Source of the DNA: Bacteroidales bacterium
GTDB taxonomy: Bacteria > Bacteroidota > Bacteroidia > Bacteroidales > WCHB1-69
Assembly: GCA_017554325.1 (NCBI GenBank)
Contig: JAFZIP010000007.1
Location: forward strand, 8,976-72,975
DNA: 64,000 nt
Direction: 5' to 3'
Below, in pieces: positions 28,901 through 38,556 of this stretch. Each line of letters begins with the position of its first letter. Position 1 is the first letter of the stretch. The notes beneath the pieces are model-generated. The model saw only the letters and a program-made list of their open reading frames with translations. It was not told the origin of the DNA and searched no databases. Both the position numbers and the translations under genes were made by a program.

Positions 28901-28935
28901 AAAAAAAGCACTCGCAAATTTCTTCGCAAGTGCTT
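28901..28935 (-). terminator. tRNA-Asn terminator (second copy at 27465-27499)
   Basis: AAGCACTTGCG...GCGAGTGCTTTTTTT on the minus strand. Confidence 0.7.
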
Positions 28936-28944
28936 CATGTTTTG

Positions 28945-29018
28945 CGCTCCCTCAAGGACTTGAACCTTGGACCCTCTGATTAACAGTCAGATGCTCTAAC
29001 CAACTGAGCTAAGGAAGC
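28945..29018 (-). tRNA. tRNA-Asn (GTT)
   Basis: GCTTCCTTAGCTCAGTTGGTTAGAGCATCTGACTGTTAATCAGAGGGTCCAAGGTTCAAGTCCTTGAGGGAGCG; cloverleaf folds; CCA not encoded. Confidence 0.97.
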
Positions 29019-29172
29019 GGATGTTTAACCGCTTTGGTTAACGGCTGCAAAAATACATTTTTTTTAATATGATTCAATACTTTTGAAAAAAAAATTATTT
29101 TTGCAAAAAATTATCTCCGTAACTATTGCCTAATCGTTTTAAAGTCAATTATATAATAATCATCATCCCATT

Positions 29173-30036
29173 ATGATAACCCGCAAGCAGGTTTTCACCG
29201 AGATCAAAAACTACTTTTTCATCACCATCGGTTTGGCCATTTTTGTGCTCGGATGGTCCGCATTCATGACTCCTTTCAAAGTTACGGGCGGCGGCGTGGC
29301 CGGCATCGCCTCCATCCTCTACTTCGCCACAGGCATCCCCATCGGCTTCACCACCTTTGCCCTGAACGCCATCCTTATCGCCATCGCCTGGAGGGTCCTC
29401 GGACCGAAGTTCTGCATCAATTCGCTGATTTGCACCGTAATCATATCTGTTTTCTTCTATATCGGCCAGCAAATCTTTACAAAACCTCTCGTGGATGACA
29501 TGTTCATGAGTGTCATCATAGGTGCCTCTCTGGGCGCACTCGGCGCAGGTATCTCCATCAACTGGGGCGGCAATACCGGTGGCCTCGACATCGTCGCACT
29601 CATGGTGGGCAAGTACCGCAACATCTCCTACGGCAAGGTAAACATGATGGCCAACCTCCTCATCGTCGGCTCCTCGTTCTTCATCCTCATGGATGTGCAG
29701 AAACTCGTCTATAGCTTCGTGGTGCTCTTTGTAGGTATGTTGGTGGCCGACACGGTGATCGACGGTTTCCACCAGACCTACCAGTTTATGGTTTTTTCCA
29801 AGAAGAATGACGAGATATCCCATCGCATTAACCAGGAACTGCACCGCGGAGCCACATTCCTGAAAGGTTATGGCTCCTACAACCGCCAGGAGAACGACGT
29901 CCTCCTGATTATCGCCCATCGCTCTGACAAGGTTCGGGTCACCCGCATCATCAAAGAGATCGACAGCACCGCATTCGTCACCATTACCAAAACCTCCAGC
30001 GTCTTCGGCAAAAACTTCGACACGTTGAAATTATAA
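29173..30036 (+). CDS. YitT family membrane protein (second paralogue)
   Basis: TGGGVAGIAS, GGNTGGLDIVA, RGATFLKGYG, IDSTAFV. Confidence 0.88.
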   Translation: MITRKQVFTEIKNYFFITIGLAIFVLGWSAFMTPFKVTGGGVAGIASILYFATGIPIGFTTFALNAILIAIAWRVLGPKFCINSLICTVIISVFFYIGQQIFTKPLVDDMFMSVIIGASLGALGAGISINWGGNTGGLDIVALMVGKYRNISYGKVNMMANLLIVGSSFFILMDVQKLVYSFVVLFVGMLVADTVIDGFHQTYQFMVFSKKNDEISHRINQELHRGATFLKGYGSYNRQENDVLLIIAHRSDKVRVTRIIKEIDSTAFVTITKTSSVFGKNFDTLKL

Positions 30037-30068
30037 GCCATTAGCCGTTATATTAGCCAATACCACCA

Positions 30069-30121
30069 GTTCATGGTTCATAGTCATCGTTCAAAGTTCA
30101 TAGTCATCGTTCATCGTCATT
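30069..30121. repeat. Degenerate 7/6-mer tandem repeat (GTTCATA/GTCATC)
   Basis: gttcatg gttcata gtcatc gttcaaa gttcata gtcatc gttcatc gtcatt, between yitT and ispE. Confidence 0.8.
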
Positions 30122-30137
30122 CTCAAATTTCCTCCCC

Positions 30138-30908
30138 ATGCCCACATCCCTCGTCAATTGCAAAATCAACCTCGGTCTGAACATCATCCGCAAACGCGCG
30201 GATGGATACCACGACCTGCAAACCGTATTCTATCCGGTGGATTATTTCACGGACCATATTTCGTTAGAGTATGCGTCTCAGGATTTTGAATTCGTCTGCC
30301 GCAGTGCGCAGGATGTGGGTCCGGATGAGGACAACCTTTGTGTCAAGGCGTTCCGCCTGTTGCAGCGCGATTACGGCATACAAGGTGTGCGGTTGACACT
30401 GGACAAGCACATTCCCACGGGCGCGGGTTTGGGCGGGGGCTCCGCCGATGCGGCTTTTACGCTCAAGTTGCTGGCTAAACACTTCAATCTGCCCGTTGAC
30501 AATCAGACCCTGAAACACTATGCCGCGCAACTGGGCAGCGATGTTCCCTTTTTTATCGACAACACTCCCGTCTATGCCACAGGTCGCGGTGAGATCATGA
30601 CCCCGGTTGACCTGGATTTGTCGCTATACAATATATATATAGTAAAACCTGACATTTCTGTCTCCACGCGCGAGGCATACGCAGGCGTGCGCCCGCATGA
30701 GGCGGACCTCAATTTTGCCGACATTGTGCGCGATGTGCCTGTACATGAGTGGAAAAACTATCTTTTCAATGATTTTGAAGCGTCGGTTTTCCAATTGCAT
30801 CCGCAATTGGAAGGCATCAAACAGAAATTCTATGACGACGGGGCTTTATACGCTGCCATGTCGGGCAGCGGTTCGGCCGTTTTCGGCATCTTCCCTAAAG
30901 GAATCTAA
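30138..30908 (+). CDS. ispE: 4-diphosphocytidyl-2-C-methyl-D-erythritol kinase
   Basis: KINLGLNI..KRADGYHDLQTVF, KHIPTGAGLGGGSADAA, LGSDVPFF, MSGSGSAVF. Confidence 0.95.
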   Translation: MPTSLVNCKINLGLNIIRKRADGYHDLQTVFYPVDYFTDHISLEYASQDFEFVCRSAQDVGPDEDNLCVKAFRLLQRDYGIQGVRLTLDKHIPTGAGLGGGSADAAFTLKLLAKHFNLPVDNQTLKHYAAQLGSDVPFFIDNTPVYATGRGEIMTPVDLDLSLYNIYIVKPDISVSTREAYAGVRPHEADLNFADIVRDVPVHEWKNYLFNDFEASVFQLHPQLEGIKQKFYDDGALYAAMSGSGSAVFGIFPKGI

Positions 30909-31402
30909 TACTTCAAAATCAGGAAAATTGCCAATTCTGATGCCAGCACGGCGCACAAACAGAGCCAGTGCCAACCTTTTGCCTTGTTTGTATATACGAA
31001 ATGCTTGTTCAGCGTATAGTTGAGCAGACCGACCGGAATGGCCATCAGCGTGAGGTTCAGGTAGTTGTTGCGACTGCCCAGATGCTGCAGCAGGGCGATG
31101 CCGCCTATGTTCAGCAGATAGGTGAATGTGGTTACCAGAAGAAATCTGAAAAACAGCCTGTTTTTCTTGTTCTTGAAAACGAGTATGCCATACGTCTTGA
31201 AATTGAACAGGATGCTGACGATGGTGGCCAGGAAATTGGACACGATGTAGGCATGGTTGAGTTTCAGAAGATGTTCGAAAATGTAAAGAAACAGGTAGTT
31301 GATGAACAACCCAAAGAGCGTGTTCAGGATGGCCGTGAGGATAAACCTGATGAATTGAGGCGTGAATATCTTAACAATAAGTACCTTGAGTTTCTCTATC
31401 AT
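30905..31402 (-). CDS. GtrA family membrane protein
   Basis: QFIRFILTAILNT, NFKTYGILVF, NYTLNKHFVY; 4-5 TM segments. Confidence 0.8.
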   Translation of the reverse strand: MIEKLKVLIVKIFTPQFIRFILTAILNTLFGLFINYLFLYIFEHLLKLNHAYIVSNFLATIVSILFNFKTYGILVFKNKKNRLFFRFLLVTTFTYLLNIGGIALLQHLGSRNNYLNLTLMAIPVGLLNYTLNKHFVYTNKAKGWHWLCLCAVLASELAIFLILKY

Positions 31403-31456
31403 CTCAAAAAATAGTGAGCGGCAAAGATACAAAAAAGGAATTACAAAGAGCGTCCT

Positions 31457-34279
31457 TTATCTTATTACGGTGATGGTGCCGTGATAATCAACGGTTTTCA
31501 CTTTCCCTTTATAATAAAATGTGTAGTAATATACGCCGTCGCTGAGCTGGGAAGCGTCGAAATATTGCGTTCCCCTGACAATCTCCCCGTTAACCGCGTA
31601 GGTGTCGTAGTTTTTGGCATGATAAACCATCTTGCCCCAGCGATCATAGATGTACAGCTCGTTGGACCGATATTCGTCGGGATCCTCCGGGTTGTAATTG
31701 ATGTTCAGATTCTGGATGGCAAAGCAGTCGTTGGACCCGTCGCCGTTGGGCGTGATGACATTCGGGAAGATAAGGTCATCCTCAATCACCACCGTGTGCG
31801 TGATGCTGCTGGAACACCCGAAGCTGCTGATGAGGCTCAAGGTGACATTGTAATCTCCCCACGAAGCGTAGGTGTGGTCGGGCGAAAAAGCCGCCGTGTC
31901 GGAACTGCCGTCGCCGAAATCCCATCGGAGCTTGATGTCGCCGCTTTCCACAAAGGTGGAATCGGCATAATTGTGGAAATGGATGAGGCCGTTGCTTTCG
32001 CTGTACAAGGAGATTTCTGGTTCGGAAACAAATTCAGCCAAGGGTTGATGGTATATGTGCAGGCAATTCCATTTAAAGAGGGAGTCGTAGCAGCCTTCGG
32101 GGGTGTGAACTCGCAGGCCTACGGTGTAGGTTCCTGGCTCCTCAATGGTGATCACCGGGTTTTTGTTGGGCGAGGCGTAGGCCAAAGATCCATCTTCGTG
32201 TAATATCATCCATTCGTACAGGTAGTCAGGGTTTTCAACGGTGGTCTCGTCAAACAAACGGACCGTGGCGGGCGCGCAACCGGTGGTGTCTGCCATGCGG
32301 AAATCCGCATGGGGCACTTCCAGCACACTCAGATGGATAGTGTCGCTGCCATAGCAGGTCAGGTTGTTGGTACTGTCCGTGGTGGCTATGAAAACCGTGT
32401 AGGTCCCCGCCGATGCCACTTGGATGTCGGGGGACTCGTCGCCCGTGTTCCATACGTAAGTGGTATTGGGCTCGTTGTAGTTGCTGGCAATCACGGTCCG
32501 GTCGCCATAGCAGATATGGAAGTCCTCCCCTAAATCGGGCTTGGGCGACTGCACCACATGGAGCGGGACTATCGTGTCGTAAACGCAACCAAAATCATCC
32601 ACCACCACGGCTGTATAGTTGATATCTCCAGATTCCTCAGGTACGATATACATGCTGCTGGCTCCGGGGCCCACCAGATAGGTGGTGTCCACGTGCACGG
32701 CGTACGACCAGTTCTGCGGCAGCAGATGCGGATCCAGCGCAATCTCCCATTCGTGCAGGTATCCGTTGTCGTTGGTCCACAAATCCTGTATTTCAATGTA
32801 CCAACTGCCGTTCAGCGGGCAGCCTACCATGCCTGCAAAACTCTGGTTGGGATGGTAGATTTGCGTCATGTTGGCCACATCGCTGGAGTCTATCACGTAT
32901 GAGTAGCTGCCATCGTCCCACATGGGGTTATATATATAATGAATGTTGGCCGGTTCGTAGCAATAGCCGTATGTGCCGCCAGCGTACTGATACCCTAATG
33001 TGGTGTTGTTGGACCAGACATAGTTCCAGGCTTCGCCCATGGGGTTTTGGGCAGGGTTGCAGCTGGTCACCTCTTGCAACCGGTTGGCACGTCCCAGATT
33101 TGTTCTGAAATAGTGGGAGATGCCGCCCCATCCGTCGTTCTGGTAGTCGGGCACGATGCGGCATGAACTGCCATTCGGGCAGAACAGCTTGATACGGATG
33201 TCCTCAATGGCCGAATGCTCCATCTTGATGCGTACAAAGAGGATGTCGTTGGCGTTGGTGATGGTGGCAGTGGGCGCAAAGGAGGTGAAGTTGACGTATG
33301 AACGGTAATAGTAGCCGTAAGGTGGACAGCTGATGCCGTCGGGCAGGAACACCGTGTCGGTGACTCCAAGAGAGGTGATTTGCTCGCTGCCGACAGAATC
33401 CAACTGCAAACTCGATATCTGGTCATAACCCACGCTCAGGTCCAGCTGCTGGCCCGTGCAGATGGGGGGCAACTGGCTGATGTCGCGGATCGGGTTTTTC
33501 GACGTGCGCACACGGAAGGTGATAGGAATCAATGACAGGCATTGCGATTGGTCGGCAGCACTGATGGACACGTCGTATCCTCTGCCAGGCGTGAAATAGT
33601 AGTTCACGGAATTGCCACCGATGCTGTCGATCTCTTCCAAATCAAAATCCCAAAGGAAAGTCGTGGTGTTGTCCGACTGATGATAGCTGAAATCATTGTC
33701 CGGATATTCGCCACGCACGCTGAAATGGAAGGTGTCGTAAGGGCATACGTCCACGTAATAATAGCCGTCCTCGGGGTCTATGTGGGGCAGATGGGAACAG
33801 TTGGCCGAGTCGATGTGGAGCGTTATGCGTTGGCAGGGCGCGATGCAGCTGGTGCGGATCTCGAAACCGGAGCCCTCTCCGGAAGCGTCGGAGATAAACT
33901 GCAAAGTGATGGCTCCTGTGGTGTTCTGGATGGTGGCAGCATAGCGGAATGTGCCCGTGGGATCGTAGTTGTCGTTGTTGATCTTGTGGAGCACCGGTCC
34001 GCTGGTGCCCACGCCGTCGTAGATGGTCAACGTGTCGGAGGCATCAATGTCCAAGTCGGTGATCTCCACCATGACACAGCCGTTGTTGGGGTCGTTGGAC
34101 AGGATGGTGAGCGTCTCGTTGACATTGGGCGCGTAGTTGCCGGTAAGACCGCCATCGTCGTAAATTAATATATTGCAATTGGTTACGGAGGCTTGCGAAC
34201 CCATCAGAACGGTGGTTTGGCCCCTAAGCACCATTATGCTGACACACAATATGAAAATAAAAAATAGAAATCTTTTCAT
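31457..34279 (-). CDS. T9SS type B CTD (CHU_C/gliding-associated C-terminal domain) protein with CUB-like and PKD domains
   Basis: Signal peptide; YDDGG..GNY..DTLTIYDG..LQFISD (CUB-like); WDFGDG (PKD); FPNVITPNGDGSND...IYDRWG...DGVYYY...GTITVIR. Confidence 0.87.
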   Translation of the reverse strand: MKRFLFFIFILCVSIMVLRGQTTVLMGSQASVTNCNILIYDDGGLTGNYAPNVNETLTILSNDPNNGCVMVEITDLDIDASDTLTIYDGVGTSGPVLHKINNDNYDPTGTFRYAATIQNTTGAITLQFISDASGEGSGFEIRTSCIAPCQRITLHIDSANCSHLPHIDPEDGYYYVDVCPYDTFHFSVRGEYPDNDFSYHQSDNTTTFLWDFDLEEIDSIGGNSVNYYFTPGRGYDVSISAADQSQCLSLIPITFRVRTSKNPIRDISQLPPICTGQQLDLSVGYDQISSLQLDSVGSEQITSLGVTDTVFLPDGISCPPYGYYYRSYVNFTSFAPTATITNANDILFVRIKMEHSAIEDIRIKLFCPNGSSCRIVPDYQNDGWGGISHYFRTNLGRANRLQEVTSCNPAQNPMGEAWNYVWSNNTTLGYQYAGGTYGYCYEPANIHYIYNPMWDDGSYSYVIDSSDVANMTQIYHPNQSFAGMVGCPLNGSWYIEIQDLWTNDNGYLHEWEIALDPHLLPQNWSYAVHVDTTYLVGPGASSMYIVPEESGDINYTAVVVDDFGCVYDTIVPLHVVQSPKPDLGEDFHICYGDRTVIASNYNEPNTTYVWNTGDESPDIQVASAGTYTVFIATTDSTNNLTCYGSDTIHLSVLEVPHADFRMADTTGCAPATVRLFDETTVENPDYLYEWMILHEDGSLAYASPNKNPVITIEEPGTYTVGLRVHTPEGCYDSLFKWNCLHIYHQPLAEFVSEPEISLYSESNGLIHFHNYADSTFVESGDIKLRWDFGDGSSDTAAFSPDHTYASWGDYNVTLSLISSFGCSSSITHTVVIEDDLIFPNVITPNGDGSNDCFAIQNLNINYNPEDPDEYRSNELYIYDRWGKMVYHAKNYDTYAVNGEIVRGTQYFDASQLSDGVYYYTFYYKGKVKTVDYHGTITVIR

Positions 34280-34462
34280 AATGCAAGGGATTATTGTCGT
34301 CTGCAAAATTAATAAAAAATATGTACTACATAATGTATGTCGTGTTTTCGGTACAAAATGTTACGAAAAAAACAGACGCTGTTCTATGGTGAAAATAAAT
34401 ATGTTGGATATGAAGTTGTGATATTAAAAAAATCATATATTTGCAGCCCAAAATTTCAAACG

Positions 34463-35017
34463 ATGGATATAAGGGACTTAAAGGAACAATTTAAGCTTCG
34501 GCTATCCGGAGTTGAAGACGGAACATATTGTTATTCAATAGAATGCAATAAAGAGTTCTTTGAATTGGCTGAAATCTCCGATGTGCGCGACGGCAATTTG
34601 CATTTGCGGGTTGAAATGGAGAAAACTGAGAAATTGGTGGTGCTGAACTGCCATTTCGAGGGTGAGGTGATTGCGCCGTGCGACCGTTGCCTTCTGCCGG
34701 TATCCATTCCGATGGATTTCGACACGCGCTTGATTGTGAAGCTCGTGCCCATGGTGGAAGAGGGAGAGAATGATGACGATGACGACATCTGGGTGATGGA
34801 TGAGAATACATACGAGCTGGATATTTTCCACTATGTGTATGAATCCATCTTCCTGGAGTTGCCACACCGGATTGTTCACGAGGACGATGAGAACGGAAAC
34901 CCGACCTGTGATCCCGAGGTGATGCACAAGCTGGAGGAGATGGAGAAAGCCAAGGCGGAGAAAGAAAAAGAAATGGATCCGAGATGGGAAGCGTTGAAGA
35001 ATCTTAAATTAGATTAG
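34463..35017 (+). CDS. DUF177/YceD family protein
   Basis: CDRCL, C-terminal DPRWEALKNLK, directly upstream of rpmF. Confidence 0.9.
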   Translation: MDIRDLKEQFKLRLSGVEDGTYCYSIECNKEFFELAEISDVRDGNLHLRVEMEKTEKLVVLNCHFEGEVIAPCDRCLLPVSIPMDFDTRLIVKLVPMVEEGENDDDDDIWVMDENTYELDIFHYVYESIFLELPHRIVHEDDENGNPTCDPEVMHKLEEMEKAKAEKEKEMDPRWEALKNLKLD

Positions 35018-35038
35018 TAACTATAAAATTTAGATATT

Positions 35039-35227
35039 ATGCCAAATCCTAAAAGAAGACACTCAGCAATGAGAAGAGATAAGAGAAGAGCTCATGATTT
35101 TATCACTGCTCCTCAGTTGACGACTTGCAGCCATTGTGGTGCCCCCATCCTGACACATCGTATTTGTCCGGAATGCGGTTACTACAGAGGCAAACAAGCC
35201 ATCGAAGTCAGCGGTGCCGCTCAGTAA
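35039..35227 (+). CDS. rpmF: 50S ribosomal protein L32 (zinc-binding C+ type)
   Basis: MPNPKRRHS..RRDKRRAH, CSHC...HRICPECGYYRG. Confidence 0.96.
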   Translation: MPNPKRRHSAMRRDKRRAHDFITAPQLTTCSHCGAPILTHRICPECGYYRGKQAIEVSGAAQ

Positions 35228-35298
35228 GCACACCCTGCGTTTTTTTTACTTAAGGTTAGATGACATAAGCAATTATGCCATCTTTTTCTGTTTATAAT

Positions 35299-35871
35299 AT
35301 GGAGATAATTTTTGCTACACACAACCAGCACAAGACTCAGGAGGCGAGAGCTATTCTGGGTGATAATTGGACGTTGAAGAATCTGCACGACATCGGCTGT
35401 GAGGAGGAGATTCCCGAGACTGCCGACACACTTCCGGGCAATGCCCTGCAAAAAGCCCAGTATGTGGTTGACCACTTCCACACCAACTGCTTTGCCGATG
35501 ACACTGGGTTGGAAATCGAGGCTTTGGACGGTCGCCCGGGCGTCTATTCCGCTCGATATGCCGGCGAACATTGCACCTATCAAGACAATGTGAACAAAGT
35601 GCTGGAGGAGATGCAAGGCATGACCAACCGCAAAGCCTGCTTCAAAACGGTGATAGCTTTGATCTTGGACGGTGAAACACACATGTTTGAAGGTCGGGTA
35701 GATGGCACCATCATTGAGGCACCGCGCGGTACATCGGGCTTTGGCTACGATCCGGTGTTTGTTCCCGACGGCTATGACCAGACTTTCGCGGAGATGGGCG
35801 ATGAGTTGAAAAACAGCATCAGCCACCGCGCACGCGCCATGCAGAAACTGATGGAGTTTCTGAAAAAATAA
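35299..35871 (+). CDS. rdgB: Non-canonical purine NTP pyrophosphatase (RdgB/Ham1)
   Basis: FATHNQHK, ADDTGLEIEALDGRPGVYSARYAG, GFGYDPVF, KNSISHR. Confidence 0.95.
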   Translation: MEIIFATHNQHKTQEARAILGDNWTLKNLHDIGCEEEIPETADTLPGNALQKAQYVVDHFHTNCFADDTGLEIEALDGRPGVYSARYAGEHCTYQDNVNKVLEEMQGMTNRKACFKTVIALILDGETHMFEGRVDGTIIEAPRGTSGFGYDPVFVPDGYDQTFAEMGDELKNSISHRARAMQKLMEFLKK

Positions 35872-35882
35872 CCTGCGGTTCC

Positions 35883-36260
35883 TTAATCGATCTCTTTCTT
35901 GATTTTCAGCAGCATCTCCTTGATTTCGGTCAGGGATGCGATAATGGCGGCATTGTCGGCCTCTTTGATGAGGTTGCCCTTGATGGCATCGCGGGCACCT
36001 TGCAGCGTGTAGCCCTTCACCTTGGTGAGATAGTGAATCGTGCGGATGAGGGAGATGTCGTTTTTGGAGAAGAAGCGGTCGCCCTTTTTGTTCTTGCGCG
36101 GCTTCAGCACATCGAATTCCTTCTCCCAGAAACGGAGCGTGGAGGCGGGCAGATTGAAAATTTCGCAGGTCTCGCCCATGCTGTAGTAAATTTTCTCCTT
36201 GGAATCAAACGATTCCGGCAGCGGCATGTAGCCACTGCTGTCAGTCATCTCTTCATTCAT
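35883..36260 (-). CDS. MerR family transcriptional regulator
   Basis: KIYYSMGE..STLRFWEKEF..PRKNKKGDRFF..GYTLQGA; start overlaps the smpB stop. Confidence 0.88.
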   Translation of the reverse strand: MNEEMTDSSGYMPLPESFDSKEKIYYSMGETCEIFNLPASTLRFWEKEFDVLKPRKNKKGDRFFSKNDISLIRTIHYLTKVKGYTLQGARDAIKGNLIKEADNAAIIASLTEIKEMLLKIKKEID

Positions 36261-36721
36261 TATTCATCCTCCATCTGTTTTCTGCGACGCTCATCTTTCT
36301 CCTTGATGCTTTCGCGTTTGTCATATAATTTCTTTCCCTTGGCCAGGGAGATGTCTAATTTGGCATACCCGTTTTCGTTGATCCACAGCAGGGTGGGCAC
36401 GATGGTGAAACCGCGCTCGTTGAGCTTGCTCAGCAGCTTGCGTATCTCCTTTTTGGTGAGTAGCAGCTTGCGGTCACGTTTGGGCTGATGGTTGTTGTAG
36501 CTGCCGTTCGCGTACTCGCTGATGTGCATGTTGTGCACCCACAACTCGTTCTGGATGAAAGAACAATACGCGTCAGTGATGTTGGCCTTTCCCGCACGTA
36601 TCGACTTGATCTCTGTGCCGGTGAGCACAATGCCGGCTGTGTATGAAGTGAGTAGAAAGTACTGGTAATCAGCCTTCCTGTTCTTGATTTCTATCTGTGA
36701 TGGTTTGGTGTTCTTGCTCAT
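36260..36721 (-). CDS. smpB: SsrA-binding protein SmpB
   Basis: [40 protein letters not shown]. Confidence 0.96.
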   Translation of the reverse strand: MSKNTKPSQIEIKNRKADYQYFLLTSYTAGIVLTGTEIKSIRAGKANITDAYCSFIQNELWVHNMHISEYANGSYNNHQPKRDRKLLLTKKEIRKLLSKLNERGFTIVPTLLWINENGYAKLDISLAKGKKLYDKRESIKEKDERRRKQMEDE

Positions 36722-36833
36722 AACTTCAACGATTTGCAAAAGTACAAAAAATGCGATAAGAATGTTGCCTGATGGCGTGCGGAATTGGGAAATATTGTGT
36801 ACTTTTGCTCCATTCTTTTGAATCCTCTCTGCT

Positions 36834-37448
36834 ATGCCAAAAATCACCCGAATCGTCCTCACTGGCGGCCCTTGCGCCGGCAAATCCACTATTCTCAAAC
36901 GGATACAAAACAAATACACTAACCTGGGTTACGCAGTCTTCACCCTGCCTGAGTCTGCTACGCTCTTCATCGAGGCAGGTGCAGATTTCCTGACCAAAGA
37001 TGCTGATCTCTCGTTTACCACTGAATCCAACAAGCTGCAGTTCCAAATGGTCATGGAAGACTGTATCACGCGGATTGCCGCTGCCGGCGACAAGCCTGCC
37101 CTGCTGGTCTGCGACCGGGGCACGATGGATACGGCGGCCTATATGGACCACGATGTGTGGCAGCACGTGATGGATGCGGTGGGAGGGACCACCGAAAGCC
37201 TTCGCGACAAACGCTACGAGGCAGTGCTCCACATCTGCACTGCCGCCAAAGGCGCCGAGCAGTTCTACACCCGCCAGAATAACAACTGCCGCTCCGAATC
37301 CCTCGAACTGGCCCGCGTGGTGGACGACAACCTCATCGCCGCATGGAAAGGACATCCCGTGCTGCGCATTATCAACGCAGAACTCTGCTTCGAGGACAAA
37401 ATCGACCATGTGCTGCGCGTAATTGATGAGATTATCGGTGCAAAATAG
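36834..37448 (+). CDS. AAA_28-like P-loop NTPase/kinase
   Basis: [37 protein letters not shown]...R.E. Confidence 0.8.
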   Translation: MPKITRIVLTGGPCAGKSTILKRIQNKYTNLGYAVFTLPESATLFIEAGADFLTKDADLSFTTESNKLQFQMVMEDCITRIAAAGDKPALLVCDRGTMDTAAYMDHDVWQHVMDAVGGTTESLRDKRYEAVLHICTAAKGAEQFYTRQNNNCRSESLELARVVDDNLIAAWKGHPVLRIINAELCFEDKIDHVLRVIDEIIGAK

Positions 37449-37511
37449 ATGTGAATGATGGTTGAATTGCTTTCCAACCAGACCTGAATTAGAAACCAAA
37501 TATTGAATGTA

Positions 37512-38000
37512 ATGAAGAATATCAGTATGATCGCCGCCGTGGGCGAGAATCTCGAACTCGGGTATAAAAACCAGTTGCTCTGCCATCTGCCAGTCGATCT
37601 CAAGCATTTCAAGGAGATTACCTCTGGTCATGCGGTCATGATGGGCGACCGAACCTGGGAATCTTTGCCGAAAAAACCGCTTCCCAACAGAAGAAATATC
37701 GTGATCACTCTGGATGATGTTACGTTTCCAGACTGTGAAACGGTGCATTCCATTGAAGATGCGCTCGCGCTGGTACAGGATGAAGAGGAGGCTTTTGTGA
37801 TGGGTGGGGCTACCATGTATCGCCTTTTTTTACCATACGCTGATAAACTTTATCTCACCAGAATAGTCTCCGCCTTCACCGCTGACGTTTATTTTCCGGC
37901 AATAAATGAAGAGGAATGGACGTTAACGGACAGTGAATTTGTCCCGAAAGACGAGAAAAACCAATTCGATTTGTATTTTCAAACCTTAATCAGAAAGTAA
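37512..38000 (+). CDS. folA: Dihydrofolate reductase
   Basis: ISMIAAV, DLKHFKEITSGHAVMMG.RTWESLP.KPLPNRRNIV, GGA, DVYFP. Confidence 0.94.
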   Translation: MKNISMIAAVGENLELGYKNQLLCHLPVDLKHFKEITSGHAVMMGDRTWESLPKKPLPNRRNIVITLDDVTFPDCETVHSIEDALALVQDEEEAFVMGGATMYRLFLPYADKLYLTRIVSAFTADVYFPAINEEEWTLTDSEFVPKDEKNQFDLYFQTLIRK

Positions 38001-38001
38001 G

Positions 38002-38556
38002 ATGATGAAAAAGATTGCAATGTTCGCGACTTTGCTGGTGATTGTAGCCGTCGCATACGCCCAGAAACCTTCCCAACTTCCGGTCCCAGATCTTCCTATC
38101 GACGAGCGGACCAATTTGGTGACATACCAGGATGTGGTGAAACAGGAAGGCACGCCCCAAGTGCTTTACGACAGAGCCATGGCATGGGTGAAAAAATACT
38201 ATAAAAACACAGCTGAGGTTGTCAAGGTGTCCGATGCTGATAAGTGTGTGATTGAGATGCGGTCCAGCGTCCGTATCTTTTCCAAGCAGAAGGATGGCAC
38301 CATGATGCAGAAGAACATAGTTTATTACACTTTCAAGCTCGAATGCCGGGAAGGGCGTTATCGCTACACCATCACAAACTTCAATGAGAAGGCAGCCGCC
38401 GCAGCTCCCATTGAGAACTGGTTCAAGACCGACAGCCCGTATTGGTCCCCGTCTCAGTACGAATGGCTGAATCAGATTGATGAGCAGATCAAGAAGCTGA
38501 TTAATTCGCTGGAAGAGGGGATGTTGCCACCAGAAGTCTTCGAAGATGAATGGTAG
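38002..38556 (+). CDS. DUF4468-like exported protein
   Basis: Signal peptide; VTYQDVV...LYDRAMAW...YTFKLECREGRYRYTITNF. Confidence 0.65.
   Translation: MMKKIAMFATLLVIVAVAYAQKPSQLPVPDLPIDERTNLVTYQDVVKQEGTPQVLYDRAMAWVKKYYKNTAEVVKVSDADKCVIEMRSSVRIFSKQKDGTMMQKNIVYYTFKLECREGRYRYTITNFNEKAAAAAPIENWFKTDSPYWSPSQYEWLNQIDEQIKKLINSLEEGMLPPEVFEDEW

Larger units (their letters stand above)
27465..28986. mobile_element. tRNA-Asn-anchored genomic islet without integrase, carrying a two-gene PIN module
   Basis: 86-bp direct repeats that begin in the anticodon loop enclose ~1350 bp containing only two ORFs. Confidence 0.8.

Noticed and set aside
28822-28938. N-terminal 39-aa extension of the islet ORF given in the ORF track
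   Set aside because: It runs through the tRNA terminator and the -7 promoter; ATG 28821 is more plausible
36260-36830. tmRNA gene next to smpB
   Set aside because: No room and no tRNA-like ends visible; the flanks are coding or short promoter sequence
36726-37748. 340-aa minus-strand ORF
   Set aside because: Antisense to the P-loop NTPase and folA; no motif support
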